64,000 nt of DNA from Balanoglossus misakiensis (lineage: Eukaryota > Animalia > Hemichordata). The notes beneath the pieces were generated by a model. That model did not search any database. It had not been told where the DNA came from and saw only the letters and a list, made by a program, of their open reading frames with translations. The position numbers and the translations under genes are program-made. The DNA lies in assembly GCA_040954595.2 (NCBI GenBank), contig CM082583.2, forward strand, positions 4,703,374 to 4,767,373, in the 5' to 3' direction. This document shows positions 1 to 14,146 of the stretch, one piece after another. The number at the start of each line of letters is the position of its first letter. Position 1 is the stretch's first letter.

Positions 1-98
1 TTTTACACTGTCTCTGTGCTGAAGGAGGCTAAGCATTTTGCTTGATTCAGATTTCGACTAGATCCTCGATAATTAAATTCAAGATGGCGGATGCGTAC

Positions 99-2985
99 CT
101 GTGATATTTATCCTTGCTCACAGGAAGTGGTTTGTTTGACAGTGCGGCTCCCATGTATTCATAGCTCCACGGCTCACACGGCGCCAATATGTAGCGTATG
201 TCCTGATATAAAATATGGCAAAATATAATAAGCACCCACGGTCATTGCGAACGCTTCGTTTCTACGTCGTCATGGAATTCTGTGCGCAGTTAACTGCAGT
301 GTGACAATGTCACCCATGCAAGAACTCCATCTTCCATGCTAAAGGGTAGAATACATCAACAATCGCCACTGAAGCAAATGCGTTCAAATTAACATCCTGT
401 AAAACACTTTAGATTTAGCTGCATACTTTTAGCGAATATGAATTTTCAGATTGATAAATTTAGCTAAAAAGACACTTTAACCACGGTAACGTTTGAATTA
501 GCGAATGTAAACATATTGCGAAACTAGCTCAAACAACATGCTAGCTATAAAAGACATGTTGTTGTACAGCAGTAAATCCACATGTACAATTATCTATAAT
601 TATCAGCAAATTTCAGCAGACACTACCGCTTTTCTGTATAGACAGACCTTTTCATAAGGCGGTTGGTTAAAACCGTCCCTTCCGTGACCCTTGATCGAGT
701 TGTCCAGAGTGACCAATGAAAAGACGTAATGAGACGTTTTCGTCCCCACGTCATCTTCATAACCATCGGTAAGCGCCACGTTCACCCTGAAGGAATAAGA
801 TCAAAAGTGTAGACGAAGAGTCAGTAGTTATACTGGTACACAGTCAGCTGGGGCGATAAATTAAAGCCTCTCATAGCTGCCACTTTTTATATTTTTTCAT
901 GATTTTATTTTCCAACTTAAATTGGTCCATCTATATAAATAAGCTTACTCATAGGTTTACATGAACACCTTATCGATGCCCGATTGTGACTGCATGTAGC
1001 GCGATTAGAAAACGCTATGTATTAAAACGGTGCCGCACCGATTTAATCAGCCTCCATACAAACAGTACACAGCTATCGTGGTATGTGTCGCCAAGAGATG
1101 AAAAACTGATGCAAATACAAGTAATATGGCTTAATGGTGAGGATTTTAGAGGATAGGGAATATATTTGAAGTATTTTACTATGGAAAAATTATGTGAAAT
1201 TTGGCAGCTATAGGGGCGTTAACCTCTTCAGCTGGCCAAGTAAATGGGAAACGCACATGCGCACGGGACATATCCTCTAATATGAAAACCCGCATCATCG
1301 AGCTCTCCCTCTCTTTACATACCTGAAGACGAAATCGTGCGAATCGATTTCTGGTCCCGACGCCGACTTCGCCAAGACGCCTCCGTTCCCAACCACGGCG
1401 CAGCGAATGCAACGATCTGGAACCTCGCCGTTCACAAGCAAGGTGTCGAACAAGTACTGGTCGTTTATGGAATTCAGGTTGGAGAGTACGTCAGACACCA
1501 CTGTTGTGGAAAACACAAGATGTTGTTACCGGGTTACAATCCGTATCTCCACACAGCTGCATCGCTAATAGTGCCAATCTTTCGCACCCAGGCCCCGGAC
1601 AATTAAATTGTGGGCATACAACACACACACACTTTCTCTGTGAAGGGTGATCGTGAGCAGAATGGCCTTACTTTCATGTGACATTAGGTCCAATGGTCAA
1701 TATTATTCCAGGCAACGAATTACAAGCACAAAGAAACAAAATATGTATGTACGTATATCTTATTTGTTTTTGCTGAATATGTTTTCGTGTGAAGAAGTCG
1801 CGGCGGGAGTATAACAAGAAAGTGTATTTGGTTGACACACACAATAAATATATAGGGCCATCCCAAGCAGAAAAAGGGTCTTATGGGAGCGCGATTCTTT
1901 TGACCATAAGACCCCTATCTGCTTGGGATGGCGTACAGTGCATGTAAAATTCATATGGAAGCTACTGCTGTCCCTCGGACCCCACCTTGGTAAGTAAGAT
2001 TCCTCCATCCAATTGGAGTCCGAAATTTGGAGAGCCTGTCATATTCTTGGCGGCTGAGATGCTTGTCCCACATTAGAATGGGGACGTCTGGAGTGTACAT
2101 CTCTTGGAGTTCTTCCTCTTCCAGAAATTTCTTCCTCAAAGTGGTTGGACACCTCTGGGGGGAAATGTGGGAGAGTGGAACACGTGGTTAAAGTAGGCAT
2201 GTCGTATATAGACAACGTATATGAAAAGTTAAACTGTAGGCAAAGGATTACACGCACGCTAGAAGGTACTGCCTCTATATGTTCCAAACAGTGCATCCAC
2301 ACGCGTATACAGACTGCGTTCCCGGGGAATTTCAAACATCGGACTTTAACCTCTTATCCTAGTTCCGGACCTTCGAAATCATCATATCTCCGCAGAGATG
2401 GATTGTCGAATGTGTCCGTGAAAAAGTGTACGCGACAATCGTGTCTGTCTACTAGAGAAAGTGGAGCAGATCAAACCATCTTACCATATAGTACTGATAT
2501 TGGTCATCGTGAAAATGCTGTTTCTCCTCGTCCTTTACATCTAACCCCGCGGCCTTTTTGGCGATCAACTCTTCCGTCTTCCTCAAGAGATCTCGAATTT
2601 CCTCCGTGCTCTCGCCGACCCGTACCTTCGTCGTCTCTTTCCTGCTGACGTCACCGAGAAATCCAAAAAGCTTCGACAGCTTCCTGGTCACGCCGCCGCC
2701 ACCGCCCTGGCTGTCGTTTCTATGACCCTGGCGATCGGTGACGTCATCACTGGAGGGTTCGAATGGCTGCAGAGATTCCACCAGTCGTAGAGTATCTTCC
2801 AGAGTGGACTGTACGTCGGCGGCGTCATCGACATCCCCACCGTTGTCGCCGGCCACGTCTGACTCCAGCCTCAGCTGCTGTATGACCCTTTTCAAATTGG
2901 AAGCGACGACGCGGAGGGCGGGCGAGTTGTCTTGTGTCCTGGAACTGAATGCCACAGTAATGGTTATCCATAGGGAGCTTAGGAA

Positions 2986-3068
<83 letters not shown>

Positions 3069-3208
3069 AAAAAATGTAAAAAAAACACCAATGTGTCATT
3101 TCTTGCTGTTTGTCGATGTTGCCGATTATTGTGTTTTTTTCCAGTTATCTGCAACATCGACAAACAGCAAGAAATGACACATTGTTTTTTTTTACATTTT
3201 TTATTATT

Positions 3209-3267
<59 letters not shown>

Positions 3268-6256
3268 TTCCTAAGCTACCTATGGTTTATCGCGGTTGGC
3301 ATGGCACACACAACAAGTCACCTAGCTGCGATAATTGTAGCCTTGGTGGTGGGCTGGTGTATCGCTGTCATCAGCGAACAGGCCAGCCGATGGCGATACA
3401 CCAGCCCACCACCAAGGCTACAATTATTGCAGCTACAAGTAACCCACCCGGTCATATAGAGACGCGTATCATTGATTTACCATTTGGCCGAATGCATACC
3501 CCCCCCCCCTATAGCGAGAGTTGAATGCTGCCAGTTTTCTGAATCATTTTTATTATCAACCTATATCGCACAGGTGGGAAATAACGCAGTATCCGTAGTT
3601 AAGTGTGCTTTGGATTTCCTATACATGTACTAGTAACAGGGCCGGGCCGAGAAATCGATTTCCGACAGCGTAGAACACAGCTAGCTGCTTAGACTTACTT
3701 ACCTGCCCGTGGGGTGCAAAGTGATCTGGTTGAAAGATTTCAGTTGCACATATCTCCCGACGAAGTAAATTGTAGATATCACCACACACAATCCAAAAAT
3801 AACTTTAATAGCATACAAGGAACTGCAATGGAGAAAAAATATCGGCGATCTGGTAAAATCGTGGTAAGCATAGGCAATGTATGAACATAGTTTGCGCTTC
3901 ATTTGCAGTTGACACGGAAGAATCCCTCCTTCATGATTTTGAAATGTACCCGCTGATTCCAAAATATCTGCCAAAAAGCGTGTTTCAAAACCGAATAAAC
4001 CGCTTTCCAATCCGACGAATCTTACAACGGCTTTAGATGTGGATCGTGAATCGTCTGTTCGTATGCTCTTGAGAATGCATTACTCTAAAGTTGACCAAAG
4101 TGTCATTGCGTATAGCTGCCTAAATAGATTCAAATCTCCTTCAATTTTTCCATTCTCGCGACTCGGGCTCCGCTCCACAGAGAGCGCAGATGCTGTTGCC
4201 GTAAAGAGGTCGTGGTTTACGACGATTCGTGCGCAAGCCTAAAGTGCAGACGACAGCGGAGGCGATGATGCAAACGGGTTAACCCTCGCTTAAAAGAAAT
4301 CATCGGGATCCACCATGTACAAAATTGCAAAAGCGTCCACAACGTACAATCATTTCGGCGGGGAAATGGTTGTTAAATGATCCGTACCACATATCCGCCA
4401 TGTCTCGCTTGCAGACACGCTCATAAATCTTGTCACACATTTGCTGCGTGTCCTCGAATCTGATATCGCGGCGTGGAATGATGGAAAGGGTGCGTGGTGG
4501 CACATGGTCCGAGAAATCCGAATGTGTCCCACATCTGTTTATTATAAGCTTGTGCAATACGAGATCAGCACATACAGAGTATTTCTGTGACGTGTCAACT
4601 TAAAAATTGGCAATCTAATCTCTGGCATCATTTTCAATTTCTGTTAACGAGACACGTCTTAAATGCTTTCCGTCGATGCTGTTGACTATACAGCGACACA
4701 CAAGCGCCGTGCAGTTGCTATGGGATACTGAACCTAGTTTCGAACCCAACTTTTTTGTAACAACGTTTAGCGATTTGGAAGCGGGTGTGAATATATCGCA
4801 TAACACGTTAAAGTGGTGAACTAGAGCTCATGCTATGCAAGCCCATATGTCCAATATTACATTCTGTGTTGAATAACTTCCGATGGATAATTATGGGGTT
4901 ATTTAGTTCATCAAAAATTTCAAGCGATCAGCAAAAAGATCTACAAATAATTACGTTACTAATATTGTGAAAACCAGTTGCCTGACAGAATTTCAGTGTT
5001 GATATTCATGATGCAGATCCCGATGGTCTGCTCAGCACACTCGGTTTATCGGCCGATTGTGTCTCCACGGTGCTTGAATCATCAGATGTGATTTAGTGAT
5101 GGCTTAAAAACACACTGCCATCGAGGCCTCTACGACCAGGAATATGTCTGCCACATTAGGTATTATTGAGAATATCTCAACTGAGAATAAAATTCCAATA
5201 AAACAGTTTGACGAAGTTGTAGAATCTGCACTGTCGAATTCTGTTATCAACAATGGATAACTTCGACAAACAGCAAAATACCAATCGCGAGCACCGTAGC
5301 ATTTGGTTACAAGCGGGCCTACAGTCAAATGAAATTGTGCGCGAGGCTTCAAACAGAAGCCGTGCATTATGGTGGAATCAATGAATGGACTATTTTTGCT
5401 CAGTCTGTGGACAACTAAATGAAAGAGGCTTCCGCGGCCACACATGCTGCGCAGGGAAGGGGCGTTGTTTCTATAAATACGAGAAATTTACAAAAGCCTA
5501 TACAATACGCAAGTGAGTGACATATTTTTGATGTCAAAAATAGAGGTGTAAATGAATATGCGCAGAAAACATGGTTTGCGTAGAATGTCCAAAATTTTGT
5601 CAAAATTTCGGTTGTATGTAGTCTCTGGCGAGTACACTGAAGGTTTTGACATACGGGATACACAGAAACCAAGCAGATAGTACTTCCACTAGATTGATCA
5701 TTCATTATCGACAGGTCTCAGAATAGCATTGTAGTTTTCTTTGCATTGTGTGGTGTAAGTAAAACAGTGCCATGTTCCATATGGCGCAAACAAGATGTAT
5801 ATAGAATTCATAGTTTCCAAATTTCGTTAGAAACACAAACGTCGACCCATATAGACCCTAGGGTCTATGGTCGACCGAGTATCGTTACTATCTGACAACC
5901 ATGATTTGACAATATCAGCAGTGGATTTGCATTTAAGACGCCTACGTGGCACCGGCGTCACTCGTGGATTTCCGGGAAATGTGTGAGAGTCAAATGGCCA
6001 AGCAGAGTCATTCCCCTATGCCCAATGACCTTCGTTCACATTAGGGGTAAGCATCCATACTATGATGCAAAACGGATATAGCATACAGTCTGATATGCTA
6101 TGGCCATGGTGCGTGTAAGCGTGTAATATTCTGGCGTTCAGAGAAATTTCTGCATGATTATCCTAAAGCTTATTAAATTAATTCTCTATGCCTGGAAATG
6201 TAAATTGCACACGTGATCACTCACCTGAAGGTCCACTTCCGTTCTGAGATTGCCAT
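99..6256 (-). CDS. GT29 sialyltransferase, ST6GalNAc I/II-like; 3' end lies outside the window
   Basis: Exons 6256-6225, 3822-3703, 2938-2485, 2154-1986, 1500-1323, 786-648 and 202-99 are all GT-AG and phase-consistent. The protein has a short cytosolic tail MAISERKWTFS, a signal anchor (LYAIKVIFGLCVVISTIYFV), a long stem, and sialylmotif L ([47 protein letters not shown]). RQEYDRLSKFRTPIGWRNLTY resembles the ST6GalNAc1/2 family motif. Confidence 0.9.
861..1222. mobile_element. TTAA-flanked MITE (Kolobok-like), copy 1, intronic
   Basis: Ends TTAAAGCCTCTCATAGCTGCC and GGCAGCTATAGGGGCGTTAA form imperfect terminal inverted repeats (TIRs). The whole element is the reverse complement of 25199-25551. 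Confidence 0.8.
2968..3285. repeat. Foldback palindrome with (ATG)n/(CAT)n microsatellites inside both arms
   Basis: The left arm CCATAGGGAGCTTAGGAA(ATG)27...TGTGTCATTTCTTGCTGTTTGTCGATGTTGC (2968-3122) pairs with the right arm GCAACATCGACAAACAGCAAGAAATGACACA...(TCA)~19 TTTCCTAAGCTACCTATGG (3151-3285). The loop is about 28 nt. Confidence 0.95.
3323..3435. repeat. Near-perfect inverted repeat or mini-MITE
   Basis: TAGCTGCGATAATTGTAGCCTTGGTGGTGGGCTGGTGTATCGC pairs with GCGATACACCAGCCCACCACCAAGGCTACAATTATTGCAGCTA (43-bp arms, one mismatch). Both ends are TA. Confidence 0.9.
5841..5875. repeat. Short palindrome
   Basis: GTCGACCCATATAGACCCTAGGGTCTATGGTCGAC is symmetric about CCTAGG. Confidence 0.7.
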
Positions 6257-9200
6257 GGTTTCGTCACGGTGGCGGCGACTACATTCAGCTGATCAACTGT
6301 CGATACATATGGAGAAAATAAACAGAGTTATAGGCCTACGTGCTCTAGGCAGACGGCATGGCAGAAAATAAGTGCTACGTTTTTTGTGCTGTGTATCACG
6401 AGATGATGAGGTTATGGGTGAGTTCGGCGGCGTTCAGAGATACACGCGCACGACGGACGGCTGTGACTTTAGTACGTACTGACTTGATCTTCAGACTGAC
6501 TGCAGTTATTTTTCCGTTCTACTGGCGTCTGTGGCATCGACTGACACCCACCCGTACCCGAAACGCCACGGCCACTAACAACAGAGAAGGCGTGTCTCCG
6601 GCTCTAGTCAGCTGATAAAACCTCGCGCCGTCAGCTCGATCGCATCATAAACACGCGACCTCTGGGTTTGAACTCGCGTGTCAGGTCACTGCCGGTGAGT
6701 CACGTGTACGTATATAAAAAGCTATATGCGACCGCATACACAACAAACACATGTTATATAATGGAGTCGACGGTGCAGACGTAATGATAGTATCAGAATC
6801 CCCCACATGTCGTCCTGGGCACGTCTCAATATTCGACAATGGCGCTACAACATGGCGGCGAACTACACCGTAGGCATACCCTGCAAATTCCGAAATTCGT
6901 GTGCGATTATGTTAATTTTAATACAGAAATGAGAGGTCGTCGGCCAGAACCTTTTTGTGGGGCCGGGCCGGCCAACACCAAAATTTGAAAAAATGACGGA
7001 CGGCAAAATTCAATTTTCAACTTTTCTTATAAAATAACATGACCCCCAAAGGTGAACAAGCTATTACCTATGCCTCGGCATTGTGACGGGAGTTTTATTA
7101 TACAAATTGATCTGTTAACATCGTGTCAAATAGAGTAATGTCGGCGCTGAATTATGAACCACATCAGCAAGCTTAGGCCATACGCAGCTGTACCTTGGGG
7201 TGGGGATATGCTGTCCGTGAGGTAATCAGTATGTCACCACCACCACCCCCTCACCCCACGGAACAACTGCGTTTCCACAGCTAGCTTAGGCTATACGTGG
7301 CAGGTAAAGTGCGTGTACCCAGAAACGTAGATCAGACTACAGCACGCCCCTCCATAAAACCGTGATCACAGTAAACAAAGACACGAACTCACCGTTGCAC
7401 TTTGCCAGTGAAACATTGCATAAGTATGGTAGGTAGTATTCTTATCCACGTCTCTGACGTCGATCTGTAGAGACTAAGGCTTATACTGTACATGCGAGAC
7501 GAATCTGATGCCTATACAAGTATATTGTAGATAGTAAAGTCTCTGAACAGTTCATCTGGTGGGGAAATAAGAGAAGAGACAAGTAGCGGCTGTGAAACCG
7601 GCCACTATAGGCTAGTATATGTACATGTGCGATAAGGCACTGACCGCGACCGGTGGCACTGCTGATAAGCCAGTATTAGCATATTCAATAGTATTAGTTG
7701 TGTTTGAATGCCCAGGCAAATAGAAAATACATAATACAAGTACCGTACCAGTGTGTGTGTTAAATTCCGCACAGCGCCCTCGCCAATCCACCAAGACAAC
7801 CATTCGTTTTGCGTGTGAAGTTCCTCACTTCGTTTAGAGAGTGTCCACTCAGTGTCCGCAAATTCTTCTGGTGTGAATTTAGCTGAATTGTGAATCTACG
7901 GCCTTAATACTAAGCAATAAATCGTTTTGGTTGCTCACTTATCGGTAATTAAGTAGTCATTCCAGCAAGAAACTTAAGTTGGTACACATTCAAGCTGAAT
8001 TCACAACAAAAGTATTGGCAGTATTGGACAGTGGCGCGCCGGACTGATCACTTTGTCGGACGCAGCGGCCCTGAAGGACACGACTCTCACATTGAAACAG
8101 TTCCCATTGGTGTTCATAGGGGTGTCGTCACACTCAGTGACATGAAAGTCGGACCATGGACGAGGTGAGCGATTCCGTAAATCGACAAACTGTACCCACC
8201 TATCTTATCTTGATGTGCTATATTGTCCTTACATACAGATCTCGTTTTAAATACTACAAATTGCGAGTATTATGATTTATCAAATGCATATGTCGGGCGG
8301 GGCTTGGGGCTTACGCGGGTTGTGGCCTGGTTTGATTTTATTTTTAATTAGGGGTATTTTGGTGTGAAAATGCACCGCAGAAAAATATCTACAAGTGATA
8401 CATGAAGTATTCTTCCGTGACGTACAATATACCATGAGCTTTCGTTGGGCGACAAATGAAGCGCATTTTGCTGGCCCCTTTTCTATTTCTTGACGTATAC
8501 GCTGTGGTAAAGTAAACCAAAGGCCAGTCACGCATATGACCGATCCTGCCGTCTTCGCTTCATTTCGGTTGTTGAATTTGTTGAGGCCGGTCACATTTTG
8601 GACACGACAAACGAAGTTTTGTGTACAGTGAACCATATACAACGCACGAAATCTCGGAACTGGCACACCGGCGCGCGCTCACGAAAATCGCAAGTATGTG
8701 TTGTGCACCAGCGTAAGATGATATGTCGCATTATAGTTTGTTGTTCGTCATCTCATTGAAGTATATGTTGATATCACTGTGCAAAAACACTCAAGAAAAC
8801 GCGAGCGAGCTCTCTCTCATTTTGGTCCGAGCTCATCAATTACTTTTCCCCGTGGCAAAATTCTAACGCAACGTTAGAATTTTAAGGCCTGGACACTTGC
8901 CAAACCAACAGTAGAACAAGTAAAGTGTGGCGAGCAACATTAAGTTGTAGATAGTATGCCGTTGTCCTTTTACCGGCTAGGATATTGTTCAATTGTCCAT
9001 TGTTCTCTACGAAACATGGCAAACGAAGGACCAAGCCTTCGGCCTTGTTTACTCGTGTCCGTGCGACAGTGACGTCCAGAATCGGACACGCAATGTCTCT
9101 GTTTGGGTGGCAAATATAGCCGCTGAAATGGTCCATTCCCGCGCCCGTGCTTTCCTTTATATTTCGAGTTTTGCGTAACGTGGTTAGCCAGAATCGGCGG

Positions 9201-12200
9201 AGAGGACACAAGCTTTGTACCTATACCTGCATGGTATATGGACCGTAGCTCGGTGCCTGACAACCAAGTTATTTTGTGTGCGTTCACGCCTACTTGAGCA
9301 TTTCGCCGGGGCCTGCAGGTAGGTCTACAGGCAAGTGGTGCCCGTTAAATTGGCTACCCTTGGTAAGAGCGTTGGAAAACAGTGCAAGCGTGTAGACTAA
9401 CGTATACGAATTGGAATCCGACACCAGATATCCATCAGGTGAGACCAACGCGTGAATAAGCTACCGTTCCGCTATGTTGTTTCATTTATTTGCCACATGC
9501 ATGCGCAGGCCGAGTCGGCCGCCGCCCCGCACCGCCTGACTACTGAGGTCGGCCCGGTACAGATGATCGGAGGCAGCAGGGTCCCCGACCTAAATAAACA
9601 TGCTTGGCTAGCGAAGATGTGCCAGCCGCGGCGTATGGAAAATCTAGCGACTTAAAAAACCATGAAAGTACCAAAAGATAGTAAGTTCGTGAACTTTGGC
9701 AGTCTAGCCAGTATGCAAGAGCCAGACGACGCGATGTTTACTAACTTTTTGAGAGTGTAATACACAGAGTTCCAGTACTGTCTTGTGAAACGGCACACCG
9801 CGGCTTGGGTAGATCCACTTGCAAGACGTGTTTTGTTCGCAGTTTGAGAAACCCGTTGTGTTTTCATTGTTGTGAATACACACAATTCAAGAAAGAGATC
9901 GCAAAGAAAAGAAACCAATTCAAATGCACTCGACAACCATCTACGTACCCCCCCCCCCCCCCAAGATGGAGCGGGTATCAGCTGCCTGCGACGTGTGACA
10001 ATTAATTATCACTACGAAAATGATAACGACGGCGTCTTTGAATACTCCAGCACAGCTTCCATAAAAAAGTTATTGCCAAAGTCAGTGACAATGATAGCGT
10101 TATTATTTTTAAAACTACAACAACAATAACAACAGCAACAGCACTAGTGGTGTCAGTCGAAAAAAGTAGCGACCTGAGAGCGTGATTATGGTTACCATGG
10201 CAGCGGCTGAGGTCATTGGCGTTCACGCTGATGAAACTCAGGTTCTTGTTTTCAAACTCAATTTCTAATTCTGAACATTGATTATCTGCCCCATGGTATG
10301 CGCCTTTGGGTATTCAACTTTCTTCGAAGTACTCCCGCGTAGGTTCATATTTCGAATCGTTCGTATATACAGAAGGGTGGAATTTTAACTGCCAGTTGTG
10401 TTGCTATACAGAATATCCAATTTTGATTATTTTGTTTCGCTTGACATTGGAGTGAGGCTAGGTAACTATAGAGGTCAACTTCAGAATTGATGCTTTATGG
10501 GCCGTAAAATAAGCGATAACAATAATTAGCCAGGTAGCGTAAGCGCGGGGGCAGTGATCGGCTTCTGTCGTCCTCTACCGCCTGTATAGCCGGGAGACTC
10601 TACCTTAATCTATCATAATTAAGCCACTCATGGGTTACCAGGCATTTTGATATTGACTGCCTGGCATCGACGAATACTGAGATTGAAGAGCGGTCCGGGT
10701 ACGGTGTGATTTATGGCGAGGCACGTTGGAAACAGTTATTGCCAGGCCAGACGAACATGGTTCGCAAACCGGGTGAGGTGACCTCTGACATCGACAGGAG
10801 TGAACGAAAACTTCGACGTCGACGCCGTAACTTGGTGCGTAGTTCACGCGTCCCCCCTCGCGTTCACACGACACCGATATAAATCTGATTACGAACGTCG
10901 CCTTTGTATTTTGTGCCTGATTTTGACTTCTCAATACGTGTTGAATCGCAACTCGGGGCGCCGTAGGAATACCGTGGCTGAAGTCAGACAGCTGGGGATT
11001 GTTGGTGGCCGTTGCTAAGGGAGGTTACAGTAAGTTGTTTGAATTTGCAGTTGGCCAAAGGTTATCCCTGCTAGCGCAATTCGCTGTCTGAATAACGACG
11101 AATAGTTAGTCATATCACCGTTGGCCAACAATATTGTTATCGATTTAAAAAACGGTAATGTCCTCTGGGGCAGCATCTAATCATTCGCTGGCAAATCCCA
11201 CATGAGTATCTTGATAAAACGAACTAGGTCAGACAAGCTTTTTTTTCTCAAACAAGGATTGCCCGCAAACCCATAGTATATACATGTACTTCTAAATGTG
11301 TTGATAATCACGATTACAGCTAATCGTGTGGTACTGCGTGTCACTGTGAAGTGCTTCTGCGCTGTGCGTAACCAAGCAGTGGCGAATTTTCGCGCCAACC
11401 ATGCGTAACTATGGTTATGGCACAATAGTGAGCTGCGTGACACTATAGTAGGTCTTCAGTTCGCGACTCTTCCCAACGCCGTTTAGACAAACAACCTTTT
11501 CTGGGTATTAAAACACTTATTCGCTTCTGCCTGCCAGCTCCGTATTCTATCCTAGTGTCAGTTTTTATTGAAAAAGTTATATCCCCAAACAGAATTAAAG
11601 CCTCTCCTTACTCCAGTCAAACCAATTCAACGATAACAACGACCTTCGATCCCGCCAAAAAGACACCCGGCCTACAACCAACAAAGCGAACCAACTCTTA
11701 ACATTTATAACAATTCTATCGTCTGTAACTTCTATATCCGCGTATTATGTCGTCTCGTCCCGTTTTTTTGACGAATCGGGTTGTATTTTTTTCTTATTTG
11801 TGAATTTGTGTTTTTAAAAAACTTAAACCTAAGTCTTGAATTTACATGGGTGGAATGGGACTCTCGTAAATGCTGGTCTCTTCATCCAGTAATGCCTTCA
11901 AAATTAAATACCAACGTTTCTATAGAACAGGCTGCGGAGATCTGTCGTGGAACCCGTTACCCATGATTGAGTTTAAGTAAATTAAGCTTGTTGATTCTCA
12001 AACATAATTGGACGCTTTTAGCGTAACGTCACCGCAATTATAAATTTTCAATCGCATAAAACGCCACGAAGCCTAAAGCAAAACCCGTTTCTGACAAACA
12101 ATATTCCTTTTGCAAAGTTAATCTTAGGTGAGTTATCGTTCCTGGGTAGTTATTTAACAAAAGGTGAAATTCCACGATCGTAAGAGGTATAGAATGTCAA

Positions 12201-14146
12201 TATTTTAGTTTCTTATGAACTTTGCTTGAATATTAACTGCCGTGCTTTAGTGTTAAACCGTTTCCATCATTGCGGTGGTCCCTGCTTCAGCCTCGGGCGT
12301 AATAATATTAGTGAAAGAATTGTACCGTACATGTACGTGTGTGTTTCCTTATAAATTTCATATCTCGCGAAATTGCTATGAGATTGTCAATAGGTCGCTC
12401 GATATAGTCTATCATGCCGATCAATGTAACGAAACAAAAATTACCTGTGTGAATCTGGCACTCAAGATTGTCCCTTTTATACCAAGTCATTTTATTAATA
12501 TCCGCTGCCAAACCGTATAATGCATGCATTCAATGTGCGATTTCCATCATCATCTGCGCGCGCATCTTGCCAATATCTGCAGCGCTGATTATTAAGACCT
12601 CGTCCGTAGTGCGGTGTGTATTTTCAGCGGACAAGCGAGGAGTCTGTAAGGTTAGTCGTCGAGTCTGTTGCGTAAATGATATGTCGTGTCTTTGTTTTGT
12701 CAGACGAATAGCTAATATTTAAAATATTGATATGTACATGAGAAACCACATGTTTTTATCGAAACGTGAGCAACGGTTATAATAGATATTGGTTTAGTGT
12801 TTATCTCATTCTCAGTGTCACATTTCGGTCGATCACGAATTATAATAGTAGCTAGTTTTTTTCAAATACACTTTTTGCTGCCTACTCCTGTCCACTCGGG
12901 CAGCTTCCGGCGAGTTTTCGTCGTTATCGAGACAAGCGATTATTTAGCGATTGCCGTAAAATCGAAAAGAGTACTGCAATATGGAGTATCTGGTGATGCA
13001 AGCGTGTGATTAGTGTAACCACAACGGACGTCGACCACCTTCGAGGCACCATTGAGCAGCGCACACCCGTCTCCAGTTAGTTCATCAGTAATATCCTGCA
13101 AAATTAATCTGCTCCGATTGAAAGAAGTAATCTTTCATTATTACTCCGCCATTTCTCAATTGCGACGGCTCCGGGCTATTCGTTATAGTGTTCAGCGTTC
13201 CAGATTCTAAATATAGAATCGACACAAATCCATTCTGATAAAACTGGAAACGGCAATATTTGGTATTAGCACGGCAGCTCTCACATATACTAGTCGATTT
13301 TTCTGACCTTGCCAAAGCTATAAAGGACAAAATCACCACCTTTCTGGGGTCAAATTGATTACGCCTATAAATGTTCACTGGTAACGACAAACACAGAGAA
13401 TTTTCTGTCCGAAGCTCACGCCTTGACTTTGGACGTAGTAGGAATACTTCAAAAGATATACCATTCAAAATCACGTCATATCACGTCGATAATGGTGTTA
13501 GTGTGTCAAACCAACGAGTGTAGTAACAACTGGCTATTTGGCTCGTCGGCTCGGACGTAACGACAGAATTACATTATTTCAACGCAGCGTAAATGTGTTG
13601 ATTTTGAAATTAGATGATTGACAGAGGATGGGTGAATCTAATGCGGGGATACTGTTTTCAATCCACATCATCGTGTTGTATCATTTTCCTTTCTATTTTT
13701 TGTATGCGAACGCCAACGAGCTACACATACTATAGTATGCAATAAGTACAAATCTACAGAAGAAAGTGGATATTTTTTTATACTCTTGCACAACAGAATA
13801 TATCTATAGAATCGTGTTTTTATACACATGAATTTGCATTGGCAGCGTGACGCGAAGAGCTGCAGAATGCGATTTACAAACTGATTCAACCTGTCTCGTC
13901 TGATTACACCGTGACCTCCAGAATATTAATTGGTTGATTATAATACGACGATTTTACTAATGGGAATCAATTTCGCTGTTGATGAAATCCGTGCCACAAT
14001 CACTGCCAATCGGTGAGACCGCACAAGTCACATGATATGTATGAATTCAAATATATTTACTATTTTTATTTGTTTTCTCTTCCCTGTTTTATTAAAGGCC
14101 GTCGTTATCATGTGATCGTCCTGACTAGACTATCCACACGGAGGAA

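Noticed and set aside
2825-3524. Poly-His, poly-Met and poly-Ser ORFs
   Set aside because: They are translations of the intronic (ATG)n/(CAT)n microsatellites. The real exon begins at 2938.
10191-10204. RFX X-box-like motif GTTACCATGGCAGC (a similar one lies near 62567)
   Set aside because: It cannot be tied to a defined transcription start, and a single motif is weak evidence.
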